Of a stretch of DNA of 64,000 bases, positions 33,082-46,189 are shown piece by piece; position 1 is the first letter of the stretch, and every line of letters starts with the position of its first letter. Position numbers and translations under genes: made by a program. This DNA comes from the human T2T-CHM13v2.0 reference genome, Homo sapiens. A model generated the notes under the pieces. That model saw only the letters and a list, made by a program, of their open reading frames with translations. It ran no database searches and was not told the origin of the DNA. Location of the stretch: assembly GCF_009914755.1 (NCBI RefSeq), contig NC_060939.1, one strand, 5' to 3'.

Positions 33082-35559
33082 ATCACCACTGGTTGAAACC
33101 TTACTACAAATCAAGCTGTGAAGTCACTGGAGCCCTGTAGCAAGTCATGTCCCTGTAACGATGAGTGAGCTGACAGCTAAGGGGCTTGCCTAAACCACAC
33201 AGGTCAGTGGATCAAACCCCAGTGTGCTTGTTTTTCAAACTCCTGCTTCACATGGTTGTAAGAATTAAATGAGATATCAATTATCTCATAGATAGATGTA
33301 GGAGCTCCATGCCCAACCACTGACACTGAGATATCCCTCTTCTGGGAGGGGAGAGGGAGCAATGAGGAAATAGAGGGCAGACAGGGCAGCAAAAGCAGTC
33401 TGAGGGGCCTCTCAGGAGGAGGCAGTGTCTATAGCTGGGTCTGCAAGGATGGAAGGGGGCATTGCTGTGTGTCTTAGGGAAAGGTGCCATACTTCTCTGT
33501 TTCTCTGCCTGTAGAGTAGCTGCCAGCTCCACCTCACACGCCTCTGGGGTAAGGGAGCTCCTCCAAGGAAGGAGATTTGTAAATAGCAGGTGTGGCCTCA
33601 TTAGAGGGAGCACCATTGTTATTAATAACCATAAAATAATGAGCCAAGGCTCAGGATCTGACCTTTTACCTTGCATTCCCAGGGAGCCAGGAGAAGTAAC
33701 TGGTGTCTGGGGTGGGGTGGAAGAGGAGTGTGTGTGTTGCATGTGAAACCTGGGCAGACCTGGTAGTGGTAGGGGTGGGGTGGGGTGAGGAGAAACCTCC
33801 TTTTTACACTACTTTCTTTTTCTGTGTTAACTCTACTCGGGAAGGCCATATAAGGACAGACTGTTCCCTTCTCTGCTTTTATTCACACTATTCCTTCTGA
33901 TTAGAATATCACATCTCTGCAAGACCACAGTCCTGATAAAAACATGTGGAGCTCCCAAGGCAGTTATCTTGTATTGATTGCCTTCATTCTCTATAGGCTC
34001 CACAGACGACCATTGGTATAGGGAGGAAAATGGCAAGGTCAGAGCCTTCAGGAGCTCATAGTCTGGGGACACTCTATGAGCTTCCTAGAGTTTACAAGCA
34101 ATTTCCCACACTGATGTTGGCCGACACCACAGTTGCTAAGGCAGGTCTCTCACTGCTCCCTTTTTGCAATGAGGAAATTTGAGGCTCAGAAAGTTACAAA
34201 GTAGCTCCCAAGTCCCCCAGTGTTGCCTCCTTTCTTTGGCAGTCCAGGGTGTTTAAGTGATGCCGAAAAGGAACAGACATACTGTTGAGTGGGGCTGCTG
34301 TCTGTGTGAGGTGTCCCTGAATTAACACAAGGCTCAGCAGTGCTGCAAATCTTAACTAGCCCCTATTGTCTCAGATGGCTGCTCATCCTGGCCTGGTTGG
34401 GTCCCATTCCAACTCAGGGAAATTGGAGAGACCACTGGGCACATCTGAGCACACAACCTGAGCGTCCTAGACCCCAAGGGCTAAGAACACAGCCCTCCTT
34501 CCACCCCACTAGCAGGGCAGGGACAGGGTCGCCGGCGCGGTGCTGGAGGAGGAGGGGCGAGCAGAGTTGGTAAGGGGCAAGAGCAGTGAATAGCCTGTGA
34601 CCCACGGGGCTGCAGGCTGGGGTTAAGGGTATGATGTTTGGTGTGACCCCTAGCTGTCCGCGCGCAGATGTATTTTCCTGACGCTAAGGTGTGGCTGCAG
34701 GAAGGGCCCCAGGCTGGGAGCCAGGAGATCTGGGATTTTGTCCCAGCCTGCTGAGTGACCTGGGGAAAGCCCCAACCCTCTCTGAGTGTCTCTCCCTATA
34801 TGGTTCCCGACTCTATTTCTAAGGTCCTTCCAGCTCTAAATGAAGTGACACTCTCCCCCCACCTCCCGCCCCCGCTCCCCAGGTGACCTCACTTCCTCTT
34901 CCTACCTGCAGCGCCCAGCCCCTCCTCCTCAGCTCCAGCTGCTCCAGCTGCTTGGTGATTCTTGGAACCTGCAGCCTCAGGCCTGCTCTGCTCTGACTCA
35001 GGCAGAACTTACCTTTGGGATCTGAGGGGATAGTTTTGCTTCCTGAACTGACTCTGACCTTTGGCATGTCCACCTGCCCTCCCCTTCCCCACTGCACACA
35101 CCTGTTCCCAGTCCTCGGGCAGCCCAGGAGCTTTGACGGACCAGATTCCTTCAGATAAAGTAGCAGCACTGAGGGGCTCTCATCCACAGTCAGATGGTCC
35201 AGGGAGAGGCACCCCTTCCCCCCTCCAGCCTCTCTTTGCAACACACCATTCCTGGCTGGGCGTGCTCCACTCCACCCGCCTCACAGGCTGCGCGCCGGTC
35301 TGCCTCATGGAGGGAGCCTCACCCAGGCTACTTTGCAAATCCCCCAGCACCCTCATTCCCGGCCCTTCCAGGGATGGGGAGATTGCCGCTTCCTCAGACA
35401 GTTGCCGTGCCCTAGCAGGAGTCTGGAAATTGCCCTCATTGACTACAACGAAATGAGGGGACAGATCAAGGAGCCCTTCTCCAGCCCCCTAATACACTAG
35501 TGCTGGACAGGGGAATGCCGGCACCTACTGTGTGCCAGATATTTGCAAACACCCTTTTC

Positions 35560-37200
35560 CAAGCTTACACCGCCACCGCTATGAGGAAGACAGAATTCCA
35601 CTTTTGCAAATAAGGAAACTGAAGCTCAGCGAGGTCAAGCGGCAGGCGCAAGGTCACATCGCAGCAAGTGGCAGTGAATGAACGATCTAAGGGAGCGACT
35701 GAGGGCGCGTGACGGGCCCGCCGGGCACTGGTTCGTGGAGCGTGGCGGTTACGGGCGGTGCACAGCGCCCGCAGCCCGCTCCTAGCGAGCTGGCCCCACG
35801 CGGGCCCTCCGCACCCGCTGCCCACAGGAGCGCAGGCTCCCAGAGGCGGGGCCGGGCTCTTCCCCAACCCTGCGAGTCGCCCCGCCCCCGCCCCGCCCCC
35901 AGCCCGCCCCGCCCGGGACCGCAGACGGCGCCCAGCGGCGGCGCGAACGGCAGCTAGGAGGGTTGCTCCGGGCTTGGTGCTCACTGCGACTTCCCGCGCA
36001 GGGCCCGGTCGGACTAGGACCCGCGGCCTGAGAGACGCTGGAGGATGCGGACGCGGAGGCCGCCTGGGGTAGCGGCGGCGGGAGTCCTGGCGCTCTGCAG
36101 GTAGGAGCTCGCCCGCTCGGCGGGCGCGGAAACTTGGGCCGAGTTTGCGGGCGGCGCGTGGAGAAGGGGCGGGTGGCGCTGCCCCAGGGCGCCCCTACCG
36201 GCCGGCCCGGGGACTGAGGGAGCCGCGCCTGGGCCGAGGGGCTGCGGCTTCTGGCTGCCGCCGGCCCCCCGCGAACGGGCTGCGGGGCAGGGGTGGCGCT
36301 GCTGCTCCGACTTTCCCCGGACTTCGAGGCTCCCGGGACCTGGTAGCGCTCTGGGTCTCCGGCGGAGAACAGGCGCCTAATCTGGCGAGAAGGAACTCAG
36401 GCCGAGCCCTCCGGCCTCCCGCAGGACCCTGTCACGTGGATTGCTGGGGGATGGCGTTGAGGAGGAGGTATGGGGACAAGGGGGCACTGGAGGGCTGGGC
36501 CTGGGGGCGCCGGGCGCTGAGGCACCGCGGGGCCCTGGACGCGCCCTGCTGGGATGGGACGGCCCTGCGGTTTTCTCGCCACCTCTTGACTCACCCCTCT
36601 GGCCTCAGCCCAGGCTGGCAGGATCGCCCTGAGGCGGAGGCTGCCCGGACCCTGTCGCCGGGCCGCCCCTGTTCCGGGACCTCCCGCCGGTCCGCGGGCG
36701 TCGGTGTGGGGCTGGGTGCGCGGGCCTGCCTGCGTGCACACGTATGCCCGGGGCCCGAGCGAGGGGAGAGCGCAGTTCTGGAATGGCGTGTGTGCAGATG
36801 TGGGCCATGCACGTACGTGCAGGCACGGGTTTGCATGCGTGGCGGCGGCCTGTGTGTCAGCCTGCTGGATGCACGTGCGTCTCGGCGCCGCCGGGAGGGG
36901 CTTGGGGACACCCGGAAGCCCGCCAGGTCGGGTGCGGCGGCAGCCTCTAAGCGAAATCGGCTGTGGGCCCTAGGCACCCGAGTTATGTTCAGGGCGGGTA
37001 GGGGAAAGGGGATAGAGACCGATCCCGTTCGCTTTCCCCTCCACTGGAGACTTTGGGCTGCCCCAGGTTGGGTTGTAGCGTCTGGAGAGCCCAGAGCCTC
37101 AGGTAGGGAAGGTGGGAGATGGGAGAACACTCGGCGAGGCCCGATCCAGCCCTCCAGGAGAATCCAGATGCTGGCCACAATTGGGCAGGAATCGCGCTCT
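35560..37200. promoter_or_regulatory. C15orf39: CpG-island, TATA-less promoter of C15orf39
   Basis: Very high GC and CpG content; clustered GC boxes cgccccgcccccgccccgcccc at ~35878-35915. Confidence 0.9.
35930..36100 (+). other. C15orf39: C15orf39 non-coding exon 1 (start approximate)
   Basis: Donor CTGCAG|gtagga at 36100/36101, just downstream of the GC boxes. Confidence 0.7.
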
Positions 37201-38504
37201 TCTTCCTGGTCTTTGCCATCGGCCATCCCGAGGCCCCTAGAAGGTGAAAGTGGGAACAGAGAGCTGTTTCCTTTCCCACTGCGTAAGGCAGGGGCGGTGC
37301 TGCGGTGGTGGGCTCTTCTCCGGGACCCTGGCCTGGGTGCTGGCTGAGTGACGTTGGAGCTTGGCAGAGAGGATCAACAGAGCTGCCTCTCAAGGATGAT
37401 CTGAGCCTGCTCCCTGGGCACCTGCCCTTTCCGAGAGCTTGCTTGCCTCAGTATGGGTCAGGGAAGGAGGCACCTACATTTTGGCAACTGTCTTGAGTGG
37501 AGGAGTCGTCTCCCTTGAGAGAGTGTATCCTGGGCTTTCCACCTCCTACTGGCAGGAGATCAGGTCATTCCCACACCCCTAAGAGTTCTCTGTTGGCTCC
37601 CTGAAGCCGCCACCCCTCCCACAAAGACTCCTGAGGGTCCCAGGTGGTTTCCTGTCTATTGACTGGGTCCCAGATAGGGGCCTCAAGAAGTCTCCAGAGC
37701 AAAGGGTATTCCATGGGCTGAGACCCAGGAGAGAGGGACTCCTGGGGTGGGGGTGGGGACCCAGCAGACCCCAAGAAGCATGTGGGGGAGGTGAGACCAA
37801 AGTCAGTACTTAACCCAGAGTGTCCCAAGGGTGGAGGTGGGGAGGATCCACACTTCAAAACCCTACAGTTCCTTCTCACAGCATTGCTGTGGAGTGAGAT
37901 GGGGGCTTTCACCCCTCGATAGCAGGTTTCTATCATAGGACACTGCTGTTGGGACTGTCACCTGTGTCCTAATGGCCCCTCTGTGTCTTCTCTAGGCTGG
38001 CCTGAGGTGTGGGGTTCTGTCCAGGAAATGAACCAGCTTGCTTTCTGGGTCTGCCTTGGTGGAAGTGGGCATTGGCCCCCACACTAGCCTTGTGTTTTCT
38101 AACCCCAAAATGTGCCGGTCTAACTCAGCCTGTGGCTGTCATTGGCTCCAACCAGAAGAGGCAAGGAGAGGGCTGGTCCTTGCTTGCCAGTCACTGAAAC
38201 CTGTGACACTTTGCCCTAATCATAGCAAGATTGAGCTAGGTGGTCCTTTCTAAGCTACTGAGAGTTTCCAGGAATAGGGTGCTGGCTGGGGGAGGTAGAG
38301 GTAGGTCAGTGTGGCCCCAGAAGACAGGCTTCAGATGAGCCCCTAACGGGTTACTGGGTGCCTGCTGCCCTGAGGGGCCTCAGTCCCCATCCTTCCTTGG
38401 TCTTGTCTTAGAGCTTTGTCTTTTTTCAGCACATAGTTTTTCCATCAATACAATGGGAGTAGTGGCTAAGTAGCACTCTGGCCCCTGGGGCCTCCCTCCC
38501 TGGA

Positions 38505-38850
<346 letters not shown>

Positions 38851-39584
38851 ACCTCCCTGGACTTTCACACACGCCCCTGACGCTGTCTTGGCCCCACCCT
38901 GCCATGTGCCTAGGAATCGCCATCTGCAGCTTGGGGGCTGGGGGTGGATCCAGGCTCCTCATGCTCTGGGACCTTCCTGCTGGTGCTGCAGCACCATCTG
39001 CTGGGCTGCCCTGACTCCTGCGGAGGGGGAGGAGTGGGGCGAGAGGGGTGTGGCTTGTACAGACTGATGTCCCCAGTTACCTCTCCTAGGGGACTGCTCT
39101 CCAGAGCCAAGTCCAGTATCTCAGCATTGGCTTTGGGCCTAGGGACCTGGGCTGGAGGCCCGACTCTGCCATTTTTGACAAGATCAGCAGGTCAGAGGAG
39201 TGTCACAAGAAATCTGTGAATTTGTAGACAATACTCAGATTCCATGTTTTGGCTGCAGTGGGCATCACTGTGGCATCTTGGAATAGGACCCTGTGGTGGG
39301 AGGCAGGAGGCCTGCTTCTCGTTGTGTCTATTTCATTGGTGACTTTGGGATGAATGGGTCTCCTCATCTGTATATGAGGGGGTGGCGGCAGGGTATGTCA
39401 AGTGACCCTGAGACCCAGTGCCCCTACAAATTCTGAAATCCCAAGAAGGAGGGGATCTTGGGAGTTGTATGGAGGAAAATCGAACAGAAGGGGCTCCTGG
39501 AGTGGGGATGGGTGGGGGTTCTGTGTAGAATAATTCATTAAACAAAGGGTTCTGCAGCTTAAAATATACGAGTTGGGGTCAGGA

Positions 39585-39861
39585 GCAGTAGGTGGTTCAT
39601 GCCTGTGATTTCAGCATTTTGGGAGGCCAAGATGGGAGGATCACATGAGTCCAGGAGTTCAAGACCAGCCTGGGTAACATAGTAAGACCCTGTTTCTACA
39701 TAAAATACTAAAATGAGCCGGGTGTGGTAGCAGGCACCTGTGGTCCCAGCAACCTGGGAGTTGGGAGAATCACTTGAGCCCAGGAGGTTGAGACTGCGGT
39801 GAGCCAAGTTCATGTCATTGCACTCCAGCCCGGGCAACAGAGTGAGACCCTGCCTCAAAAA
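39585..39861 (+). mobile_element. Alu (AluJ-type) in C15orf39 intron 1
   Basis: Alu dimer with short A-tail. Confidence 0.88.
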
Positions 39862-40089
39862 ATACATACACGAGTTGGAAACCTCTGTCACGTGGCTCAT
39901 GCACTCACAGTCTTAACTGAGCATCATTTAAGCGCCAGGTTCTTAGGTGTAGCCGTGAGCTGATGAGAGCAGCAGCCCTCTGTTGCTTTGCCTGTAGCCT
40001 GTTTTCCTGACAGCCCCTGCCTTTCTCTCTCTATCCCAGGTCAGAAGTTGAGTAGCAGGGGCCTAGGAGGGCTCGAAGCCTTCACAGCG

Positions 40090-42865
40090 ATGGCAGAGAA
40101 GCGACCCCTGAGAACCCTGGGGCCTGTGATGTATGGCAAGCTGCCCCGCTTAGAGACAGACTCCGGGCTCGAGCACAGCCTGCCCCACTCTGTTGGTAAC
40201 CAGGATCCCTGCACCTACAAGGGGTCCTACTTCTCCTGCCCCATGGCGGGTACTCCTAAGGCCGAGTCTGAGCAGTTGGCGTCCTGGACCCCATACCCAC
40301 CCTTGTACTCTACCGGTATGGCAGGACCCCCACTTCAGGCAGACAACCTGCTGACCAACTGCCTGTTCTACCGCTCGCCAGCAGAAGGCCCTGAGAAGAT
40401 GCAGGACTCCAGCCCTGTTGAGCTCCTGCCCTTCAGTCCCCAGGCTCACTCCTACCCAGGCCCACCACTGGCAGCACCCAAACCTGTCTACCGCAACCCT
40501 CTGTGCTATGGGCTCTCAACTTGTCTGGGGGAAGGAGCAGTGAAGAGGCCACTGGATGTTGACTGGACTCTGGCGACTGGGCCCCTGTTGCCCTCAGCTG
40601 ACCCACCCTGCTCTCTGGCCCCAGCTCCTAGCAAGGGCCAGACTCTGGATGGCACCTTCTTGCGGGGGGTGCCAGCTGAGGGGTCCAGTAAAGACTCCTC
40701 AGGGAGCTTCTCCCCATGCCAGCCCTTCCTGGAGAAATATCAGACCATCCACAGCACGGGCTTCCTGGCCTCCAGGTACACAGGTCCTTACCCTAGGAAC
40801 TCCAAGCAAGCAATGTCTGAGGGGCCCTCAAGTCCTTGGACCCAGCTGGCCCAGCCCCTGGGGCCACCCTGTCAGGACACCGGGCCCACCCACTACCCAC
40901 CACCCCACCACCCACCACCCCACCCTCCACAGGCCCTGCCTTGCCCTCCAGCCTGTCGCCACCCAGAGAAGCAGGGCAGCTACAGCCCAGCACTCCCACT
41001 GCAGCCTCTGGGGGGCCACAAGGGGACCGGGTACCAGGCTGGTGGGCTGGGCAGCCCCTACCTGAGGCAGCAGGCAGCCCAGGCACCTTACATTCCCCCA
41101 CTGGGGCTGGACGCTTACCCCTACCCCTCTGCCCCTCTCCCAGCACCCTCTCCAGGCCTCAAGCTGGAGCCGCCTCTCACTCCACGGTGCCCATTGGACT
41201 TTGCCCCCCAGACACTGAGTTTTCCTTATGCCCGGGATGACCTCTCTCTCTATGGAGCATCCCCTGGGCTTGGAGGGACACCACCTTCCCAGAACAATGT
41301 GAGGGCTGTGCCACAGCCCGGTGCCTTCCAGAGGGCATGCCAGCCTTTGCCAGCGAGCCAGCCCTGCTCAGAGCCTGTGAGGCCTGCACAGGAAGCCGAA
41401 GAGAAGACCTGGCTGCCCAGCTGCAGGAAAGAGAAGCTCCAGCCCCGGCTCAGTGAGCACTCTGGGCCGCCCATCGTCATCCGAGACAGTCCAGTTCCCT
41501 GTACCCCCCCAGCACTGCCCCCCTGTGCCCGGGAGTGCCAGTCTCTTCCACAGAAGGAGGACGCAAGGCCACCCAGCTCTCCACCAATGCCTGTCATTGA
41601 CAATGTCTTCAGCCTGGCCCCCTACCGTGACTATCTGGATGTGCCGGCACCCGAGGCCACAACTGAGCCTGACTCTGCCACAGCTGAGCCTGACTCAGCC
41701 CCAGCCACCAGTGAAGGTCAGGACAAAGGCTGCAGGGGGACCCTGCCTGCCCAGGAGGGCCCCTCAGGGAGTAAACCCCTAAGGGGCTCACTTAAGGAGG
41801 AGGTAGCCCTGGATTTGAGTGTGAGGAAGCCCACAGCAGAGGCCTCCCCTGTCAAGGCTTCCCGTTCTGTGGAGCATGCCAAGCCTACTGCAGCCATGGA
41901 TGTGCCAGATGTGGGCAACATGGTGTCAGATCTGCCAGGCCTGAAAAAGATAGACACAGAAGCACCAGGCTTGCCTGGGGTGCCAGTGACCACAGATGCC
42001 ATGCCAAGGACCAACTTCCACAGCTCTGTGGCCTTCATGTTCCGAAAGTTCAAGATCCTCCGTCCGGCACCTTTGCCTGCAGCCGTGGTCCCGTCCACGC
42101 CCACCTCAGCTCCTGCTCCCACACAGCCTGCACCCACCCCCACATCTGGGCCCATTGGACTGCGGATTCTCGCTCAACAGCCCTTGTCTGTGACCTGCTT
42201 CAGCCTGGCACTGCCCAGCCCTCCAGCCGTAGCTGTGGCCTCCCCTGCCCCTGCTCCAGCTCCATCCCCTGCTCCGGCTCGAGCTCAGGCTCCAGCTTCA
42301 GCCCGGGATCCAGCTCCAGCTCCAGCTCCAGTTGCAGGCCCTGCTCCAGCATCTACTTCAGCCCCAGGGGACTCCCTGGAGCAGCATTTTACAGGACTAC
42401 ATGCGTCCCTGTGTGATGCTATTTCTGGCTCCGTCGCCCACTCTCCTCCAGAGAAGCTTCGCGAGTGGCTAGAGACGGCTGGGCCCTGGGGCCAGGCTGC
42501 GTGGCAGGACTGCCAGGGTGTGCAGGGGCTGCTGGCCAAGCTGCTGTCTCAGCTGCAGCGCTTCGATCGCACCCACCGGTGCCCCTTCCCCCATGTGGTG
42601 CGAGCTGGCGCCATCTTCGTGCCCATTCACCTGGTGAAGGAGCGGCTCTTCCCTCGGCTGCCACCCGCTTCTGTGGACCATGTGCTGCAGGAGCATCGTG
42701 TGGAGCTGCGGCCCACCACGCTGTCGGAGGAGCGGGCACTGCGGGAGCTCGCCCTGCCAGGCTGCACCTCACGCATGCTGAAGTTACTGGCGCTGCGCCA
42801 GCTGCCGGACATTTACCCCGACCTTCTCGGCCTGCAGTGGCGCGACTGTGTACGCCGCCAGCTGG
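40090..42865 (+). CDS. C15orf39: C15orf39 (PRMT2IP) coding exon 2, codons 1-925 (+1 nt)
   Basis: Acceptor ctttctctctctatcccag|G at 40040. ATG 40090 in good Kozak context (gcgATGG), MAEKRPLRTLGPVMYGKLPRLE... Proline-rich open frame; donor CTGG|gtgagc. Confidence 0.95.
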
Positions 42866-44789
42866 GTGAGCATGGGGCAGCCCCAGTGGCCACCGGAGCT
42901 GTGTGAGCAAGTGACAGGTGTGTGTGCTGTGTGAGTGCGTCACAGCTGGGGCTGAGTGATTCCAAGGACTCCTGCCCGGGTAGGGGGCTTTAGGATGAGC
43001 TCTAGGTACCCCCACCCCTTGACCCTCCAGACAATCAGTGAGCACCTTCATAGCCTCTTTTGTAGGCTTCTGAACATGCCAGCTGCTCTGTCCCCATGGA
43101 AACTCCTCGGCCTCCCCTGGTGCTGCACCTTCTTGGATTCCCTCCTCCTCTGCCTGTGCCTTCTCCATCTTTGGTGCAGTGTTTCCGGCACTCTGGTTAG
43201 GCCCTGTTTTCTAGCTGAGATAATTTCCCTGATCTCCAGCCTAGCATCCCCTTTGTGAGCTCTAGCCCTAAATAACCCACTGCATGCTGGGCCTCAGCCC
43301 CTGGGTCTCTCTCCCACACTGAACTCATCCCAAATCACACTCCCGAGCCTTCCCCTCAGCTCACTTCCCACAACCAGTTCTTTTCCATGTCAGTGAAGGG
43401 CACCCCCTTTCACAAAGCTCCTCATGCTCTAGACCTGGTGAGGGCCACAGCTGCCTTTTTGAACGTGTAGTTTTGCAGTCCTCCCCGGCCCTTGCATACA
43501 CAGAAGTGTGCGCATAAGTCGCATTGTTTTGTGGTTTGCTTTTCCTCTACTAAATGATGTGCCTGCTGTTCTCCAGCTTGTTTTCTTTTAATGTCCTGGA
43601 GGACCACACAACTGCCGAAGTGTTGTGTGGCGTGTATGATCACACTTCTTCAGCTAGGGATCTGGTGATGGGACCAAGTGGATTCTGTTATTGCCCCTCC
43701 TGCGTCAGTACACCTGGCATTGCAGCCTGAGGCCCCCTCTAGTTTTTCTCTCCCTGCTGCCCCCAATTCCACCCTCTCCCATTTCCACTGCCCAGCCTCT
43801 TCCCTGTAGAAACTGTTCCTAGTTCCATCCCCGTAGTGGCAGCCTTGCCCCGGGCCCTTACCTGGTTGGGATGGGGAAGGGCCTGTGGCAGTGAGGTGCA
43901 GATGAGCTTAGGGGCTGGCTGACCAGAATCCCTGATCCCTGAGTACTTACAAAATTGGAGCAGATGCCTTAATGGGATGCAAAGGAAATCCAGACTCAGG
44001 CGATCTGTTACTGAGTGAGGGTCCCACATCACTCAGGGCTGGGCTGCCCAGCTCAGTCCTCTCCCCATACAGTTGGGCTGTCTGGGGCCCAGAGAGGGTC
44101 AGGTCTGTTTCTCCTGGGCTGCCTGATCAGCAGTGGAGTCTGGGCACTCCACACAGTCCGAGGTGCTCTGACTGGAGCTTGCAACAATCGGGGGGCCTGG
44201 GAAGCAAGTGATTGAGACCAGGCTTCTGGCTTCTGGCTGAATTTTGTTGCCCCTGTCCTCACTCCCTCCCACCTTGGGGGCCGTTTTTCTCTGTGTGCCC
44301 CTAGACAGTTATCCCTGCCTTCCTTTGTTGTGGGTGGGTTCCTGTGCTCCCCCAGCATGGCTCTTAGGACAGTCCCTACCTGGGCTCGGCCTCGGGCTTG
44401 GGCTTGGTCTCTGGGGCTGGTATGGCAGAAACATGATGGCTGTCTTATATATGGCAGGGTCCTCTGTTCCCATGCCTCAGTTTTCCATCTGAGCAATGGG
44501 TATTGGACCAGGCCAATGGTTCCTGACCTGCTGAGCCCCTTTGCTCTCATCCTTGTACCCAAACAGCCTCTCCTGAGTGGTGCCCTCATCAGATAGAGTT
44601 CTGGTGTCACCTGGGGAGAAGCACATCTTTTTTGCTTGGATGGTCTGGCCAGTGGGCATGTGTGGGGAAGAGTTGTGATGCCAGCCTGACTTGGGGCAGA
44701 GCAGAAGCACTGTTTGGATGGCTTTGGAAGCCAGGAGGTGGGACCTGAGGGTATGGGGTCTGCAGGCTGACTATGTGTTCGTTTTCCAG

Positions 44790-45157
44790 GTGACTTTGAC
44801 ACTGAGGCTGGAGCTGTGTCCTCCTCAGAGCCCACTGTGGCCAGAGATGAGCCAGAGAGCCTAGCCCTGGCTCAGAAGTCACCGGCCCCCAAGGTCAGGA
44901 AGCCAGGCAGGAAGCCACCAACCCCTGGCCCGGAGAAAGCAGAGGCAGCTGCTGGGGAAGAGTCCTGTGGTGCCTCCCCTACCCCTGCTACCAGTGCCAG
45001 CCCACCTGGCCCCACACTGAAGGCCCGCTTCCGCAGTCTGCTGGAGACCGCCTGGCTCAATGGCCTGGCTCTGCCCACCTGGGGCCACAAGTCCTCAAGA
45101 CCAGACCAGCCCTCACCCTGCCCACAGCTGCTGGACAGCCAGAGCCATCACCTGTAG
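44790..45157 (+). CDS. C15orf39: C15orf39 coding exon 3 (G|DFDTEAGAV...SQSHHL*)
   Basis: Acceptor gttcgttttccag|GT is phase-1 compatible. Spliced total 925+1+121 = 1047 aa, matching the length I recall for C15orf39. Confidence 0.93.
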
Positions 45158-46183
45158 CACTGGTTGCCAGTGCTGTGTGTATAGCAGTCACTCTCCACCC
45201 TTCCCTTCTGCCTGCCCAGCTGCCCCGGGGCCACGAGTGGATGCTGGGGCTGTGGCTGCTCCCCTGGAGGGGTTCCATCTCTGACCCTGTGGCCCATTCA
45301 GGGTGGGCTGAAGAGCCCCTGAGCTTTTAACGTGAGGGTCTTTATTGGATAGGACTACTCCCTATTTCTTGCCTAGAGAACACACATGGGCTTTGGAGCC
45401 CGACAGACCTGGGCTTGAATCCCGGCTCGTGTTCTTGCTGCAGGACCTGGGCAAGAAACTTCACCTCTGCTGAGCCCTCATTCCCCATGTGTAAAATGGG
45501 ACAACGCAACCTACCTCACAGGGTTGTTGTGGGGATGCTGCCTGATACATACCCTGTCACCATTTGGTCTCTGCTTCCTCTCTGGGACAGGGCCTAGAAT
45601 TGGAGGCAGAGAACCTTCCTATAGAAAGTCTTCGTGTGTCCTAGGACTTGGCTATCGTAGAGTGGTACCTTAGGCAGTGGATGTGACTCACACTTTCAGG
45701 AGTCACCCCCCAGCATTTGGGGTTGGGTTGGCCCTACTCCAGCCTGGAGCTCCCTGAGGGAGCCTGCACTCCCTGCTCCCAATCCCCGCTACTGGTGCAG
45801 GGATGCAGCCTGGAGCTGGCGTCCTTGTTCTGGGCCTGCTGCTGCCGCCACCCCAGGAGGCCCCAGGCCTGTCCTGAATTGACATCAGTGCTTCCCTGAA
45901 CTGCCTCCCCCACCCCTGGCATTATCCCAGGAAACTTATGTTTTCTAGAAGCTAAGCAGCTGCTGGGACTCAGGGACTGGTGCAGGTAGGCTGAGTGGCA
46001 GCTCAGTCCTAGAAGGTCTCTGAAGATCTGGACTGAGGACCCTGCTACTCCCCAAGCCAGAGCCCATCAGCCAGGCCTGCTGTGAGCCACCTGCCTGTGG
46101 AGTGCTGAGCTCAACCAAAGGCTGGCAAGCTCTGGGCCTCATTTAAGGGATTCTGATGAGCCGATGGGCCCTGGAGGCAGCCC

Positions 46184-46189
46184 ATTAAA
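46184..46189 (+). terminator. C15orf39: Poly(A) signal ATTAAA of C15orf39
   Basis: ATTAAA about 1 kb after the stop, followed by a U/GU-rich downstream element (gtttttgg...gtgtgtttgg). Confidence 0.7.

Noticed and set aside
36145-37347. 400-aa ORF in C15orf39 intron 1
   Set aside because: Non-ATG start and Arg/Gly/Ala-rich composition typical of a stop-poor CpG island; no recognisable domain.
39988-40089. N-terminal extension of the 972-aa ORF
   Set aside because: Begins at a TTG in the intron upstream of the 40040 acceptor; the real start is ATG 40090.
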